From: Naegleria gruberi
Lineage: Eukaryota
Reading direction: 5' to 3' (one strand)
Length of the DNA: 64,000 nucleotides
Assembly: GCA_000004985.1 (NCBI GenBank)
Contig: GG738886.1
The notes under the pieces are model-generated. The model was not told the origin of the DNA. It did no database searches and saw only the letters and a program-made list of their open reading frames with translations. This document shows positions 22,401-35,600 of this stretch, piece after piece. The translations under genes and the position numbers were made by a program. Within the stretch, counting starts at the first letter, position 1. The number at the start of each line of letters is the position of its first letter.

Positions 22401-25400
22401 ATACAACATGTGGAGGAATTGAAAGCACTTCACCATTGACTTGTAGAGAAAGAGGTACTTGTATTGCCTATAATCAATGTTCTTGTAATGTCACCAAAGG
22501 ATACAATGGTAATGACTGTGAAATTCCTTATTGTAACAACATTTTGGGAAACACTTCAACTGTTTGCAGTGCTCATGGTTCTTGTGAATTGCCAAACACG
22601 TGCAATTGTTCAGCAAACTATTTTGGAACATTTTGCCAATATACCACTTGTGCAGGCATTGAAACATATAATTCATCAGTTTGTATTGGTAGAGGTCAAT
22701 GTACACTTTACAATAATTGTACTTGTAACTCACCTTATTATGGATCCAATTGTGAACAATTCAAGTGTTTTGGAGTGAATAACAACTCTAGTACTGTTTG
22801 TTCTGGAAGAGGTATCTGTACAGATTATAACACCTGTGTTTGTAATGCTGGATATTTAGGATCGAATTGTGAAATTTCATCCTGTTTTGGAATTTTAAGT
22901 AATGTGTCCCTTGTTTGTAAAGCTCATGGAGTTTGTGTAGCTACGAATACTTGTGTCTGTGCTGCTAATTACATGTCCAGTGATTGTTCTGTGACTTCCT
23001 GTTCAGGAATCAATTCAACTTGGTCTTCAGTATGTCATGGAAGAGGTTCATGTTGGCCTTACAATACATGTAATTGTAATGCCAAATTGGGTTACACTGG
23101 AAATGATTGTAATGAGCCAATGTGTGACGGTCTTACAAACTCTGATCCTTATGTTTGTAGCGGAAGAGGAGGTACTTGTGTTTCTCCTAATCTATGTGTC
23201 TGTAACGATCCATCAAAATATTTTGGTAAATTGTGTGAATACACCTATTGTCGAGGTGTTCCAACCAATCTTACTGACACAGCACTCTTCTGTTCTGGAA
23301 ATGGTATTTGTACAGACTATAATTACTGTTATTGTTTTAGTGGATATACAGGAACTGAGTGTGAGTTGGATATGTTTGCAGGTTACAGATTCGTCACCAA
23401 TAAGAATGTTTATGTTTTGAAGAATCAGATTTATTACTTGCCTGCCAATATCGCCATAGGCCCAATGTTGAGTGCTGCTGGGCAGAAGACATACCTTCCT
23501 TACCAACAAGCAGTGAAAACCAATTTGAGAGTTGATGCTACATTGTTGAATGAGCTCCAAATGAGAGCTATGGGTTTAAGGTATAATTTCTTCCCTTGTG
23601 AACATTATATCAAGGACGCTTCAGTATTTGGAAAGAACATAGAATTGAGGGGAGGTGTGTACTGCATTCAGAATCCATGGACAATTGATGGACATAACTT
23701 TACCGTAATTGGTAAAAAACGAACCATTTTTACACTTCCACAGCTGATATATAAATCAGCAAAGTTCACCTACTATGAATGTGCATCTTATAGAGATGTA
23801 ATATTTTATGCCGGTGAAACTACTGGCTACAGCAATTTCACAGGACCTATCGATGCAACCATTTTTGTAAATTCACCAGGTGCAGCAGATTACTACGTGA
23901 ACGGTGATATTAATGGAGCAATCTATATATTTGGAAAACTTGGATCTAACGATGCTCCACCTACTGGTACTGTCTACACTACAGATATGAAATTTATTGC
24001 ACCATACACATTTGATCCAGCTGTTAGATACATTGAATCCAAGTGTAATTATTTCACATGTTTTGGAATTGGCTCTAATATCAATACTACTTGTTCTGGA
24101 AAAGGAAAATGCATAGGCATTGATACTTGCTCATGTATTTCTGGGGCGTATGGGCCTGATTGTTCTCTCAGAATGTGTAATGGAACTTTAGGAAACTTTT
24201 CCAATGTTTGCAGTGGTCATGGTTCATGTATTTCCACTGATATTTGTCAATGTAATGCAGGATTTTATGGGCAATGGTGCCAATACACAAAGTGTTATGG
24301 ATTAGAAAATACTTCTCCAACTGTTTGTTCAGGAAGAGGTTCTTGCTTGTCTGAAAATAATTGTATTTGTAATTCTACTTATGGATACGAAGGTTCACAA
24401 TGTGAAACTCCAATTTGTGGTGGACAATTGGGTATTTGTGCTAGTTCAAGCAGAGGAAATTGTACAGCTCCTGACACTTGCTCATGTTTGGATCATTATA
24501 GTGGTCAATTTTGCCAATGGACTACTTGTAATAGCGTACCTTCTAATTCATCAAGTGTTTGTTCTGGAAGAGGAATATGTGCTGCATATAATACTTGTCA
24601 ATGTAAAGCAGGATATATTGGATCGATCTGTGAAAAGGATGTCTTTGCTGGATACAAATTAATTAGTAACAAGGCAGTTCTTTTAGCAAAGAATTCAAGA
24701 GCTAGCTCTGTGCTGGCAGCAAGTATTGCCCTTCCTTCAATGACAATTAGACCACCAACATTTTTAAATCCAGATAAGGTCTATCCATATGTTGCAAGTG
24801 GTAAGTCTGTAATTACAAAGCCAACCGATTCCTACTATCAAACTTTAATGACCGAATTATCAAAGAAATTCGATGAGCTCATGTCCGCTCCTTGTGACTA
24901 TGTAATTTCAAAACCAGATACTGAAATGGGTCAGAAAATTCTCATTGAGCATGGTGGCGTCTATTGTTTCCAGAATGGTTGGAACATTAATGGTCAAAAG
25001 TTTACAATTGTTGGAACTGAGCCAGTTATTTTCAAAGCTCCATATATCAAGTATTCTGGAGCTAACTTTGTATATTTGAAGTGTGCTTCATATAGAAACG
25101 TGTTTTGGGTCACTCAATACTACAACTTGACTGGCAGAGTAAATTGGGTTAACAGTAATTCATTTTCTGGAACAGTTCATGGCACAATAGTTGCTAGATA
25201 TGGGTATGATTATTTAGTTTCCGATGATATACAAGGAGCTATTTGGTTTTATACTCAAGAAGATGGATATATCACTTTGAAAGATGCTAAACTTACAACA
25301 CCTCCAACATTTGATCCTTACATGCCATATGTTACTGGATCTTGTGATACTTATACTTGTTTTGGTATTGATCCAACTTCGAATATGAGTTGCTCAGGTA

Positions 25401-28400
25401 GAGGTGTCTGTAAAGATTACAATACATGTACATGTCAAGATGATTCCTATGGTATTGATTGTTCCATTTCTAAATGTTATGGAATTTTTGGAAATGTGTC
25501 AATTGTTTGTTCCTCTCATGGTAATTGTACATCAAAGGATACATGTACATGTAGTGAAGGATACTTTGGAGACTTGTGTCAATACACTTCATGTGCTGGC
25601 ATTCCAAATAACTCTACAAATGTCTGTAACCAGAGAGGTGTTTGTAATATTTACAATTCTTGCACTTGTAACACAACTTTGGGTTATGATGGATCGAATT
25701 GTCATGTTCCAATATGTAATCATCTAGTAGGAACATGTACAGATCTATTCAGAGGTAACTGTACTGCTCCTAATGCATGTTCATGTGAAAATCATTATTA
25801 TGGGCCTTGGTGTGAAAAGACAACTTGTGGTGGATTTGAGTCAACTAATACACAATCTGTTTGTAATGGAAGGGGTAATTGTACAGCTTATGAAAAGTGT
25901 ACCTGTTTACATGGATATGCAGGAGCATTTTGTGAAGAGTATAGTTGTTTTGGAGTTGTGAGAACTCTTCCGTCAACTTGCTCTGGAAGAGGAGCTTGTT
26001 CTTCAATTGACCAATGTGATTGTAGCGCAAATTATTATGGATCTAATTGTGAAATTAGCAAGTGTAATGGTAAATTTGGAAATGAGTCTACAGTGTGTAG
26101 TTCTAATGGTCAGTGTATTGAGACAAATATTTGTAATTGTTCAGAGCATTATTATGGAAATTGGTGCGAAAAGACGACTTGTTTTGGAGTTGCTTCCAAT
26201 GAGTCAAATGTTTGTTCACATAGAGGACAATGTAAAGCATTCAATACTTGCCAATGCAATCAAAATTACTTTGGAGATAATTGCGAGTTGACTACTTGTA
26301 ATAATCTTGCTTCAAACTCTGGTTTGGCTTGCAATTTGGTTGGCAATTGTACAGATTACAATACATGTGTTTGTCCTTATGGATATACTGGTTCATGGTG
26401 TGAACAGACTACTTGCTTTGGTGTAGCCACAAGTTCTCCAAGTGTTTGTAATGGACATGGTAATTGTACAACTATGGATATGTGTAGTTGTGATCCTAAA
26501 TATGGTTATGGTGGAAGTAATTGTAACATTACAACATGTGATGGAGAATTGTCTACCTCTTCTCAGGTCTGTAACTCACATGGTACATGTATTGGACCAA
26601 ATCAATGTCAATGTGCTCCACATTATATTGGTGACAATTGTCAAGTGACAACTTGTTTTGGAATTCTGTACAATGACTCTAGTGTTTGCTCAGGAAAGGG
26701 TTCTTGTGATGGATTCGATAACTGTACATGTGAACTTGGTTATTCTGGAGCAGAATGCGACCAGTACACATGCAGTGGAGTTTTCAATTCAAATCCCTTA
26801 GTTTGTTTCGGTAGAGGAAACTGTACTGAATATGATATCTGTGTTTGTGAAGCAAATGCCTTTGATTTTGATTGTTCTGGTGTTTCTTGTAATGGATTTA
26901 TCAATGCAGATCCAATGGCTTGTTCTTCACATGGTTCATGTACCCAAAATCAATAGTGTAATTGCTCTGAAAATTATCATGGTGAATGGTGTGAGCTCAC
27001 AACTTGTAATGGAATTGATTCGAATAGTACTGAAGCATGTTCTGGAAGAGGAAGATGTGTAGATTATAATAGTTGTGTCTGTTCGAATGGATACTATGGG
27101 GATGACTGTCAGGATTACAATTGTTATGGTATTTCACATTTTTCAAATTTGACATGTTCCGGATATGGTAATTGTTCCGATATCGACACATGTGAATGTT
27201 TTGAAGATTCTATTGGTTTAGATTGTTCCGTCAACGTTTGCAATGGTCTTCCTATGAATTCCTCATTAGTTTGTTCAGGACTAGGCAGTTGCACTCGACC
27301 AAATTATTGCAATTGTTCAGATAACTATTTTGGAAGTAATTGTGAATGGACCACATGTTATTCCATCGCATCATTCTCTCCATCCACATGTTCTGGAAGA
27401 GGAAATTGCTCTGATTTTGATAAGTGTATATGTAATTCTGATACATTTGGTTCCGATTGCTCTCTCTTCAAATGCAACCACACCCTTGGCAATGAAACTC
27501 AAGTTTGTAGTGGACGAGGTTCATGTATTGGCACTGATGAGTGCAATTGCACTGAGAATTATCACGGAGAGTTTTGTGAATTTACTGAATGTTTCTCTCA
27601 ACTTTCTAATGAAAGTTCAGTTTGCTCTGGAAAAGGAAAATGCATTGAGTTCAATAATTGTTCATGCCAAGATGGATATTTCGATCAAGATTGTTCTCAA
27701 TTCCAATGTAATGATACCTTCAGCAATGAAACCACAGTTTGCTCCTCAAGAGGTTTTTGCATTGATTCGAACAAGTGCAATTGCTCAGAAAATTACTTTG
27801 GACTGAATTGTGAATTGAGCATTTGCTTTACAATTCTTTCTAATGACAGCAGAGTTTGTTCTAGAAGAGGAATTTGTGTTGATTATCAAAACTGCTCATG
27901 TTATGATGGATTTTATGGTGAAAGTTGTGAGTTTGCTGTAAGTGCAGTGAACAATCAATCAAATTCCACTCAATTGAATAATCAAACTATTGATTCCAGT
28001 AATGTAACCATGAATAATAATTCATCGGTGGTTTTTAACAATACTGATAACAGTACAAATACTGATAATAGTAGTGTTGTGGTCACTAATCACACAATTT
28101 CAGAAGACAATACAACACGTTCTAATTCAAATGGAACTGTTTATAATAACAATAGTACAGACCTTTCTAATGAAACAATTTCAAATAATGGAACAGTTTC
28201 TGCTAACGCAAATGTTACTATCCCTGACAATTCTACTTCTTCCACTAATCAAACTGTTTCTCCAAGTACTGATTCATCAAATGGAACTGTTTCCAATAAT
28301 ACTGTAAATGCAACAGCTTCTGATAATACTACCACTGATAATTCCAACATTACAATTTCGGATAATACCACTTCACCTGGATCCAATAATCAAACTATTT

Positions 28401-31400
28401 CTCCAAGTGTTGATTCATCAAATGGAACGATTTCAAATAACACTAATCCTTCGGTAGTTTCGAACAGCTCAACTGTTTCAAACTCTTCTTTTACTAACGG
28501 AACAGTTTCCAACAGCACAGTCACTTCAAATAGTAGCACAATTACTTATAATACCACAATTTCATCAAACGAAACAATTTCGGTTAATGTAACAAGCAAC
28601 ACATCAAAAATTACAAATTCAACCTCAATCTTGAACGAAACTGTTCCTGTAATGCCTGAGCCTGATGTTGTGGTTGCTTTGCCGGTTGCAATTATAAAAC
28701 GAATGAGCTCGAACGTGTTCAGCTCATGCGATGATATTAGAGTGGATGGCTCGCAAAGTTTCTCACAAGATTCGACCTATCTTGACTATTATTGGAATTT
28801 ATTGGAAGCAAGCTCTTTGACTAGTTTACAAAGTTTGCCTAATAGTCCAATCATTGTCATTGACTCTACATTGAAGCCAGGACAATATGTTGTTTCACTA
28901 AAAGTTGGAAATGGAAGAAATAGTTCAGTGAACTATTCGAAACCTTTCACCAAGTCAGCAAATCCACTTCCAAAGATTTATATTGCTAATTCTTTGATTG
29001 AAAAGTATGGAAATCAATTCCCAGTAACCATCAAGAAAGTTATCACAGAATCAACTTGCCAAAAGGAAAAATCAGTAATTAGTTGGAGTCAATTAAGTGG
29101 ACCAACAGTTAAATACTCAATTGACAGTTTCAGTAATCTTGCTATTGCCTCATTGACTACCTATGGTTTCCATACTTACATCTTCCAAGTTTCAGCTCAT
29201 TACCCTTCAAATCCATTAGAAAGAGTTTCTGCCAATGTAACACTTGTTACAAAATCTCCTGAATTGCAACTTGAATTATTGACAACTGATGCAAATTCTA
29301 ATTACACAACTATTGTAATTGGATACACAGATCCAGAGAGTGCTTATAATACTCTTTCTGAGGAATGGAAATGGACTTGTTTGAATAATACGAATCCAAG
29401 TTTAATTTCCTTCTTGGAATTGATTTCTAAAAACAAGCAAACTGAAGTTAGATTTGATGGTTCATCACTATTTCGTCAAAACATACCTCGCTCTATTGAA
29501 CTATCTTTAAGAATTTCCAAGTCTGATAGAACAATCTCCAAGTCAATTATAGTTTACTTTGGATTGGTTCCACCTATTGTAAATATTATTTCAGTAGAAC
29601 CAAGCACTTTGTACGTTCTTCCTGGAGAACCTCTCAGTATTCAGACATTAGTCACCAAAGGAAATGTTAATGTTACATTGAATGGACAAGTTGTTGAAGT
29701 ATCCGATCAACAGCCAACCTTGGATGTTGACACTAAACTATTAGAACAAGGTTCTGAAAATACAATTACAATCACATCGACTGATCCAGTGACTGGAATG
29801 TCTAGCTCTTCAAGCTATACTTTCAAAGTTGCTACCTATCCGAAACCATGTGCTTGTTTCATTTCTCCTTTAAGTGGAATTGCATTAGAAAGCGATTTTG
29901 AATTCTATTGTACGAATTGTAAAAATTCAGAAAATAATATTGACTATCGATATGGATTTATAGATGACAGATCCGAAACAAGAATTCTATTATTCGATTC
30001 TGGTGAAATTTATGCTTCCAAGTTGCCATCTCCATTTTCTGGAAATACTGTCAAATGTTTCTTTGATATTGTCGATACAGAGACAGGTGCTTTTACAACA
30101 GTTTACAAAAATGTCACTATAGAAAAACCTCTCGTTACAAAAGTCGAACAAGTTCAAGGACTAGTCGAATCATGGACTATTGTGGGATCCAACTATTTCA
30201 GTAATGGAGATTTCAGTAAGAGTATTTATCAATGTGCTTCAACTTCAAGAACTGATTCAGTTTTATTGAGACAGATATTAGGAAATGAATATTTAGAAAG
30301 ATCAGAAAGTATTGAATGTGAGAATGGTGTTGATATTTCAGGAGTGTGTAAATGTCATGATGGATATATTGGTAAACATTGTGATAAGGCGATTAGTGAC
30401 TTTTCTAATATTCAAGGTACTAAATTGCAAGTACTCAGAGAAATGGTGACCATTGCCAATAGCACTGGTGAAATGAATAATCAATATTTGTCATTGCTGT
30501 CATTTGCCATTGATTCGATACTTGTCAATTATCAATATTTAGATACAAATACTATATCTGAATCAATGTATACTTTGAATATGTTTTTGGAATATTCCTT
30601 ATCTGATGAAAGTTTGAGATTACCAACCGGGGTTGATAAGTTATTAGAATCTAGTCAATATTCAACATTTAATTACATTACTGATAAGCAATACCTTACT
30701 GATCAAACGTCAAATGCCTTAAAATTATTGAAATCTCTCAAATTGTCATCTCAGTTACAAGCAAGATCTGTTTCCATGTCAAATGCCAAGAGAAACATTA
30801 AGGGATCATTCTTTAGTATAGTTTTGGGTAAGAGCTTGTTAGCTGATCATCAAAATAATATTCAAGATCCCCATTCATCTTCGTCCATAAGTATGGAGAA
30901 TGGTTTCTTTGCTTATACTGCAAGATCTAAAGTTTCATCTATCAAAAAGCCATATATTTACATCCTGTCTGTGACTGATGACATTTACTCATTGGGAACT
31001 AAACTCAAAGTTGTGGAAAAGAATAACAATGTTCAAAAGGTTTCAAATTTGGTTTCTCCAATAGTTTCTGTAGATTTTGTGGATGTTGCCACTACCATGA
31101 ATCCAACAAAAATAATTTATTCGATTCCAATTAATTTGAATGGATCAACATTTGAATTGAGAAGAGGAACTTTTGATTTATCAGTCAAGACACTGGACCA
31201 GTATTGTAAAAACTTTGATGAAGGTTCTATTAAAGTTCTTTCAGACTGTACCTTAATTTCATTGACTGCAACACATGCCAAATGTCAATGCTCCAAATTT
31301 ACAAATGTATTTGTTATTGAAACAACGACCATTTCAACTTATTCCTACACCTACTTGGCAGCTATTGGTTTCTCTCTTGTAGCTGTCTGTTCCATTGGAA

Positions 31401-31924
31401 CCTTGGTAATTCTCTCAGTTTGCGTATGGTGGAAATTCAAGAAACCTAAACTTTCCAAAAAGAGAAGTCTTGTCTTTACGGATGCCTCTGAAAATGAGAT
31501 TCAACTCAGAATTCAAGAAATTATTCTCGGAGACCATACATACAGTAATTCAGAAACTAACTCTGATGATTCATTGATTATTGATGTGATAGATGATTGT
31601 CCATCAGGAGGAAGCAGTGGAACAGGTTCAAATAATGGAAGAATGAGAAGTTATTCAATGCAAGAAAGACCAACCACAATGATGAGTTCATCCTCTCCAA
31701 GAGGTGGAGTTGGTGCCAATATACTTTCATCTTCACCAAGAGGAACAAGAAATCGTTCATCTTCAGTTGCTCCATTGATTATTCAGGAAAGCCATGAATT
31801 GGATTCGAATGCATCAAGTTCTGATGAATTATTAAAGAATCATTCAGAGGGAGGTGTTAAACGATCTGGAAGTGGTATTTGGGATTTGAGAGAAGATGGC
31901 TTTCTAGAACATGAAAAATTTTAA
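16424..31924 (+). CDS. Giant (about 5,170 aa if read through) type-I membrane protein with about 100 tenascin/laminin-type EGF repeats, a mucin-like stalk, a GPS-like motif and a single C-terminal TM. Single exon; interrupted by one in-frame TAG at 26954..26956 (ORF-track ORFs 16187..26956 and 27149..31924 share one frame).
   Basis: A putative signal peptide follows the ATG at 16424 (LVLLFIIISMILVSCFMC). The repeat is C-S-G-x-G-x-C-x(5)-C-x-C-x(3)-Y-x-G-x-x-C-E with NxS/T sequons throughout. A non-EGF module (FAGYKLIS...HGGVYCF...IVGTEPVIFK...ECASYRNVFW) recurs 5x at nt about 16943, 19190, 21440, 23380 and 24640. An N/S/T-rich stalk spans 27950..28650. TM is YLAAIGFSLVAVCSIGTLVILSVCVWW (about 31345..31430), then a Ser-rich tail. 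Confidence 0.7.
27950..28650 (+). repeat. Low-complexity Asn/Ser/Thr-rich segment (dense N-glycosylation sequons) encoding the mucin-like stalk of the giant protein
   Basis: NQSNSTQLNNQTIDSSNVTMNNNSSVVFNNTDNSTNTDNSS...; imperfect repeats (SNGTVSNNT... recurs). Confidence 0.5.
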
Positions 31925-31940
31925 ACTTTTTATTACAAGC

Positions 31941-32699
31941 TCAACTGGAATAAATTCCTTCAATAACTTTCTTTAAACGTTTTTCATTGGCCTTCGTTTC
32001 CCCCTTGTCCTCCTTCAAGAAATTAAACTCATCCTTCAAATTGCAACCATTTCTATTCTTACAAATGACAAGTGCACCTTCAATGACTTCTGGAATTGAT
32101 TCCTTTTCCTTATAGCAAGGAGCTACCAATTCACAACCAAAATAATAATATTGTTGAGTGCATTTCTTAAAGATGGATCCACCTAAAGCTGAGTAATGTT
32201 TCATACAATTAACTCTACATGCAACACAATCTTTAGTTTTTGTAACTGTCTTCTTTTTGAAAAGATTCTTCTTCACTTTTTCTGTGTAAACTGAAGTGTA
32301 AGGAGTTCTGTTTTCTAGTTTGGCTTTATATGGACCAATATTTCCATTGAATACTGGTTTTGATTGATCATAGATTGATCGAATGACTTTACTTCTTGAT
32401 CTGAAAACTCTAAACAGTCTACTTAATGCTCTGGGGATGGTTCTACCAATTCTTCTTACCACTCTACTTATTCTAATCATTCTACTCATTCTTAGTTGAG
32501 AATGAGTAATTGCTTCTAATAGTTCAACGTCTTCTGCTTGGAGAGTTGCTGTGGTGGATCTCTTGACAGAAATTGAAGAAACTGTTTGATCTCTTTGACA
32601 TTCAGTGGAAGTTGCCTTGGTTGAGTGTGCAGTAAAGAAAACTAAACAACAAGCAATGAGCAAAAGAAGTTGTAATGTTTGTTTGGATGATTGGCACAT
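31941..32699 (-). CDS. Secreted Cys- and Arg-rich hypothetical protein, 252 aa
   Basis: The ATG at 32699 is preceded by aaaaATG. N-terminal signal peptide (LQLLLLIACCLVFFTAHS). Basic R-rich central region and a C-terminal Cys-rich domain. Convergent with the giant gene (17-bp gap). Confidence 0.5.
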   Translation of the reverse strand: MCQSSKQTLQLLLLIACCLVFFTAHSTKATSTECQRDQTVSSISVKRSTTATLQAEDVELLEAITHSQLRMSRMIRISRVVRRIGRTIPRALSRLFRVFRSRSKVIRSIYDQSKPVFNGNIGPYKAKLENRTPYTSVYTEKVKKNLFKKKTVTKTKDCVACRVNCMKHYSALGGSIFKKCTQQYYYFGCELVAPCYKEKESIPEVIEGALVICKNRNGCNLKDEFNFLKEDKGETKANEKRLKKVIEGIYSS

Positions 32700-35600
32700 T
32701 TTTTAAGATATAATGGTTGATGAGTTGTGTACGTCTGTCAAGTTAAGTGTGAGAAATTTTGGTCTTTAGAATATTGTTTCATTTATGAAGTGAACTACTT
32801 GATTTGCAAATTATGTGTTTCTGTTTATCCTTAAAAAAGAATGTGATTGTGATTGTGGTTTTTTGTGCTAGTAATGGTCATTTTGCTTTCTTCTTTGTTA
32901 TTCCCAATACGAAACTGAGTATTAGAAAGAGAAACTTGACTGGTGAGTTCATACGAAACAATATCCACTCCAATGGAATGATTCCTATGTAGACTCTCAT
33001 CTAATGCGAATTGGTGTGTTGAACCAATCGTTTTTGTTCAACAATATCTCGTTGCCTTCACATGGAAGAAAGTTAGAAGAGTTTCGAATTTGTACTCCAA
33101 TTGATTTGTTGAATTACATGAGAAATACAACAGGAAAACACTTGAAAATTGGAGTGGATAAGCAATATGGTTTGTTGTTTAGAGATTGTTTGGATTTTCA
33201 GAAAATTGTGATCAATGAAGATTTGAAGATGACTTCTCATGTGTTTTTCGTATAGTTTGATTCCCTTTCTATTTTTTAAAAGAAACTGTAGACCTAGACT
33301 TCCAAGAGTGTCATTCAAATTAGAGATAATCTCTTCATGGAATAGAGAAAATAATTGAAGAATCTCGCTTCTTAATTTCACTGAACGATTTCCTTGTGGA
33401 AGACGCACCATTCAACTCAAATTTGGAGTTGATGGCACTGTAGTCATCTTCAATGTCTTGAAGAATTTGCTTATTCATAGTAGAGTCACCGAATTCAGAT
33501 TTTGAGTTGAATTAATTTTTCATAGAATAGAATAGTTTCCAAACTAAATTCCTTTGTCGAAAATTCCTTAAAGATTTTCACAAAATTTTCATTGCTCCAA
33601 TTCAGATATGTTATTCTCATTCTCTTTCTTCTTAGGATGGTGTGCAAGGTTTCGAAAAATAATGTAAATCCACCACAAATACAGATAAAGATGAGACTTT
33701 CTAAAAAGAAGAAAACTCTGATTGGTATAATCGAGACTTGCATGAATAAATAGATCAATTCTAACATTAAACGGATCATCAAATCTAAGAAAACTGATTA
33801 ATCCTTTGTCTTTGATGACTTTCCAATTACACACAAAGTCAACCAATACTGTTACAATTCCAATCGTACAACCAAAGAGGATATAAATCACACAGCTGAT
33901 GGTAACAAGTGAGTTTTTGAATTGGTACGAAATTTATGAAATTCCAACCAAGAGTGTGTTATAATGGAGAAGGATTATTAGCAGGGAGCAACTAGTAATG
34001 TTGCTGAGTAAGTTACCACAAAGGAATCAAGTTTACTCATGAAAAATTAACTCAATTCGGTATGTTACATCAAATTTGGGTAAAATAATGCTTCTCCAAG
34101 AAAAATCTTCAGTGAAATTAAGCGATCAGCTTACTCTTCAATGAATCAATAAGGTAAAGAGGAGATATCTCCGTTAATAGAGTTCTTATTTGTGGCAGTG
34201 AGATTTCATTCTAAAAAGTATAATAGCCCTAAATTTCAAAAGGGATAAAAATACTCCATCTGGACTGAGACAAAACATCCTTAATAGATTGGTTATTAAT
34301 AAATATGAAATAACCAAGCTGACTTGGATTCAGAACAGAAGCCAATCATCCACATAGCAAATCTATTGTATTTTATCTACCTCACCAAGTTAGAAAATGA
34401 GTTTTAAAACACAACCAAGAAATTGACAGCTATCCTCACAGCCATTGAGAATTTCAATTGCTAGTTAAAAGTGAACTAGTTGTGAAAAAACGGAAGAATG
34501 TGAATAATTCTACTCACATTGCTACTTTTGTCTTGTTTCGTGTCGTGATTGATGGTTTTCAAAAGTTCCTGCATGGTCTACCACTCTGAGGAAGCAAGCG
34601 AGGAATGAGTACAATAACAATTTTTCTTATTGCCATAACAATCTATTGTTCTCTTGATTACGGTAATCTTTAAAAGGCTACCCGTATCCTAATTATATGC
34701 TGACATTTCGTTGTTATTGTTGAATAAGTAAAAGTGTGTTGCTTATTCGTTGAGATTATTTGTTAGGAGAGGCCCTAACATGTAAAGGGATACAGTGGTA
34801 AAGAAGAGTGTACGCTCTATTGTCCGATAGTGTGCCCTCTAAAACACAATTTTTTCATTGCTGCCCTCAACAAACAGTACAAGAAAACGTACTCGCCGTA
34901 GTCATGACAATATTAGGAAGCTCAAAAGGATTTGGATCCCTAATTACTAATCCAAAATGTTAAAATGTTGATTGGTGAAATAATATTATGTGCAATTTGT
35001 TTTAATTCAATTCTTTTGTATTTTGTTAACAAAGATTATTACTTTCTTTCCACCTGATTGTTGGTCAACCGAGTAAGACTCGTTACTTTTCTGAGAATTA
35101 CTATTATTACTATGCTCTACAAGCACATCATGTACTAATATCCAAATGTTAAAGTATAATTTCAAGAAATCAATTTTTAAAATGATAAATGGACCTTTTC
35201 AGCCAAATTTCTGTCAACTTTTTTAAGAAATTTGACAAGACATAAAACAGAAAATATTCAACATGGATTTTATAAATTATATATCAAAATGTTGTACAAG
35301 ATCTGAACAATTCAGTTATGTTGTTGATTTCAATATTTAGCCTATAGAAGCTGATCTTTGATGACATTTCAAAAATAGCAATATAGTTTTCAGAATTGTT
35401 ACAAATCTCAATGTCAAGTAATCTAAAGTGTTTCAATATTGGGTGTAATCAAAACTTACAATGAAATAATCGAAATACATTGATATCATAAAATTCCTTG
35501 TATGACATATGTACACAAATCAAGCATTTGTCCAAGAACAGCATAAAAACACTAAGGGCGATAAATTTTTGAATATTGAACAATGTTGGGGCGTTTAATT

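Noticed and set aside
26954-26956. TAG reassigned as a sense codon genome-wide (ciliate-like code)
   Set aside because: Only one internal TAG is seen. Other genes terminate with TAA or TGA, the ORFs are otherwise complete under the standard code, and TAA is clearly used as a stop.
16647-27062. Dozens of 60-130-aa ORFs on both strands inside the giant EGF gene
   Set aside because: They are nested in alternate frames of a 15.7-kb coding repeat. They are Cys-codon (TGT/TGC) antisense artefacts (H/V/M-rich) with no start context.
16560-27950. Periodic about-100-bp units that might suggest a CRISPR-like or satellite array
   Set aside because: The units are in-frame EGF repeats with conserved Cys codons and variable intervening codons. 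There are no identical direct repeats or spacers, and this is a eukaryotic context.
33073-33891. Minus-strand ORFs 33073..33411, 33495..33782, 33589..33891 as genes
   Set aside because: They are short, overlap one another in different frames, and have AT-rich runs and no recognisable domains. They were left unannotated apart from the region-level finding.
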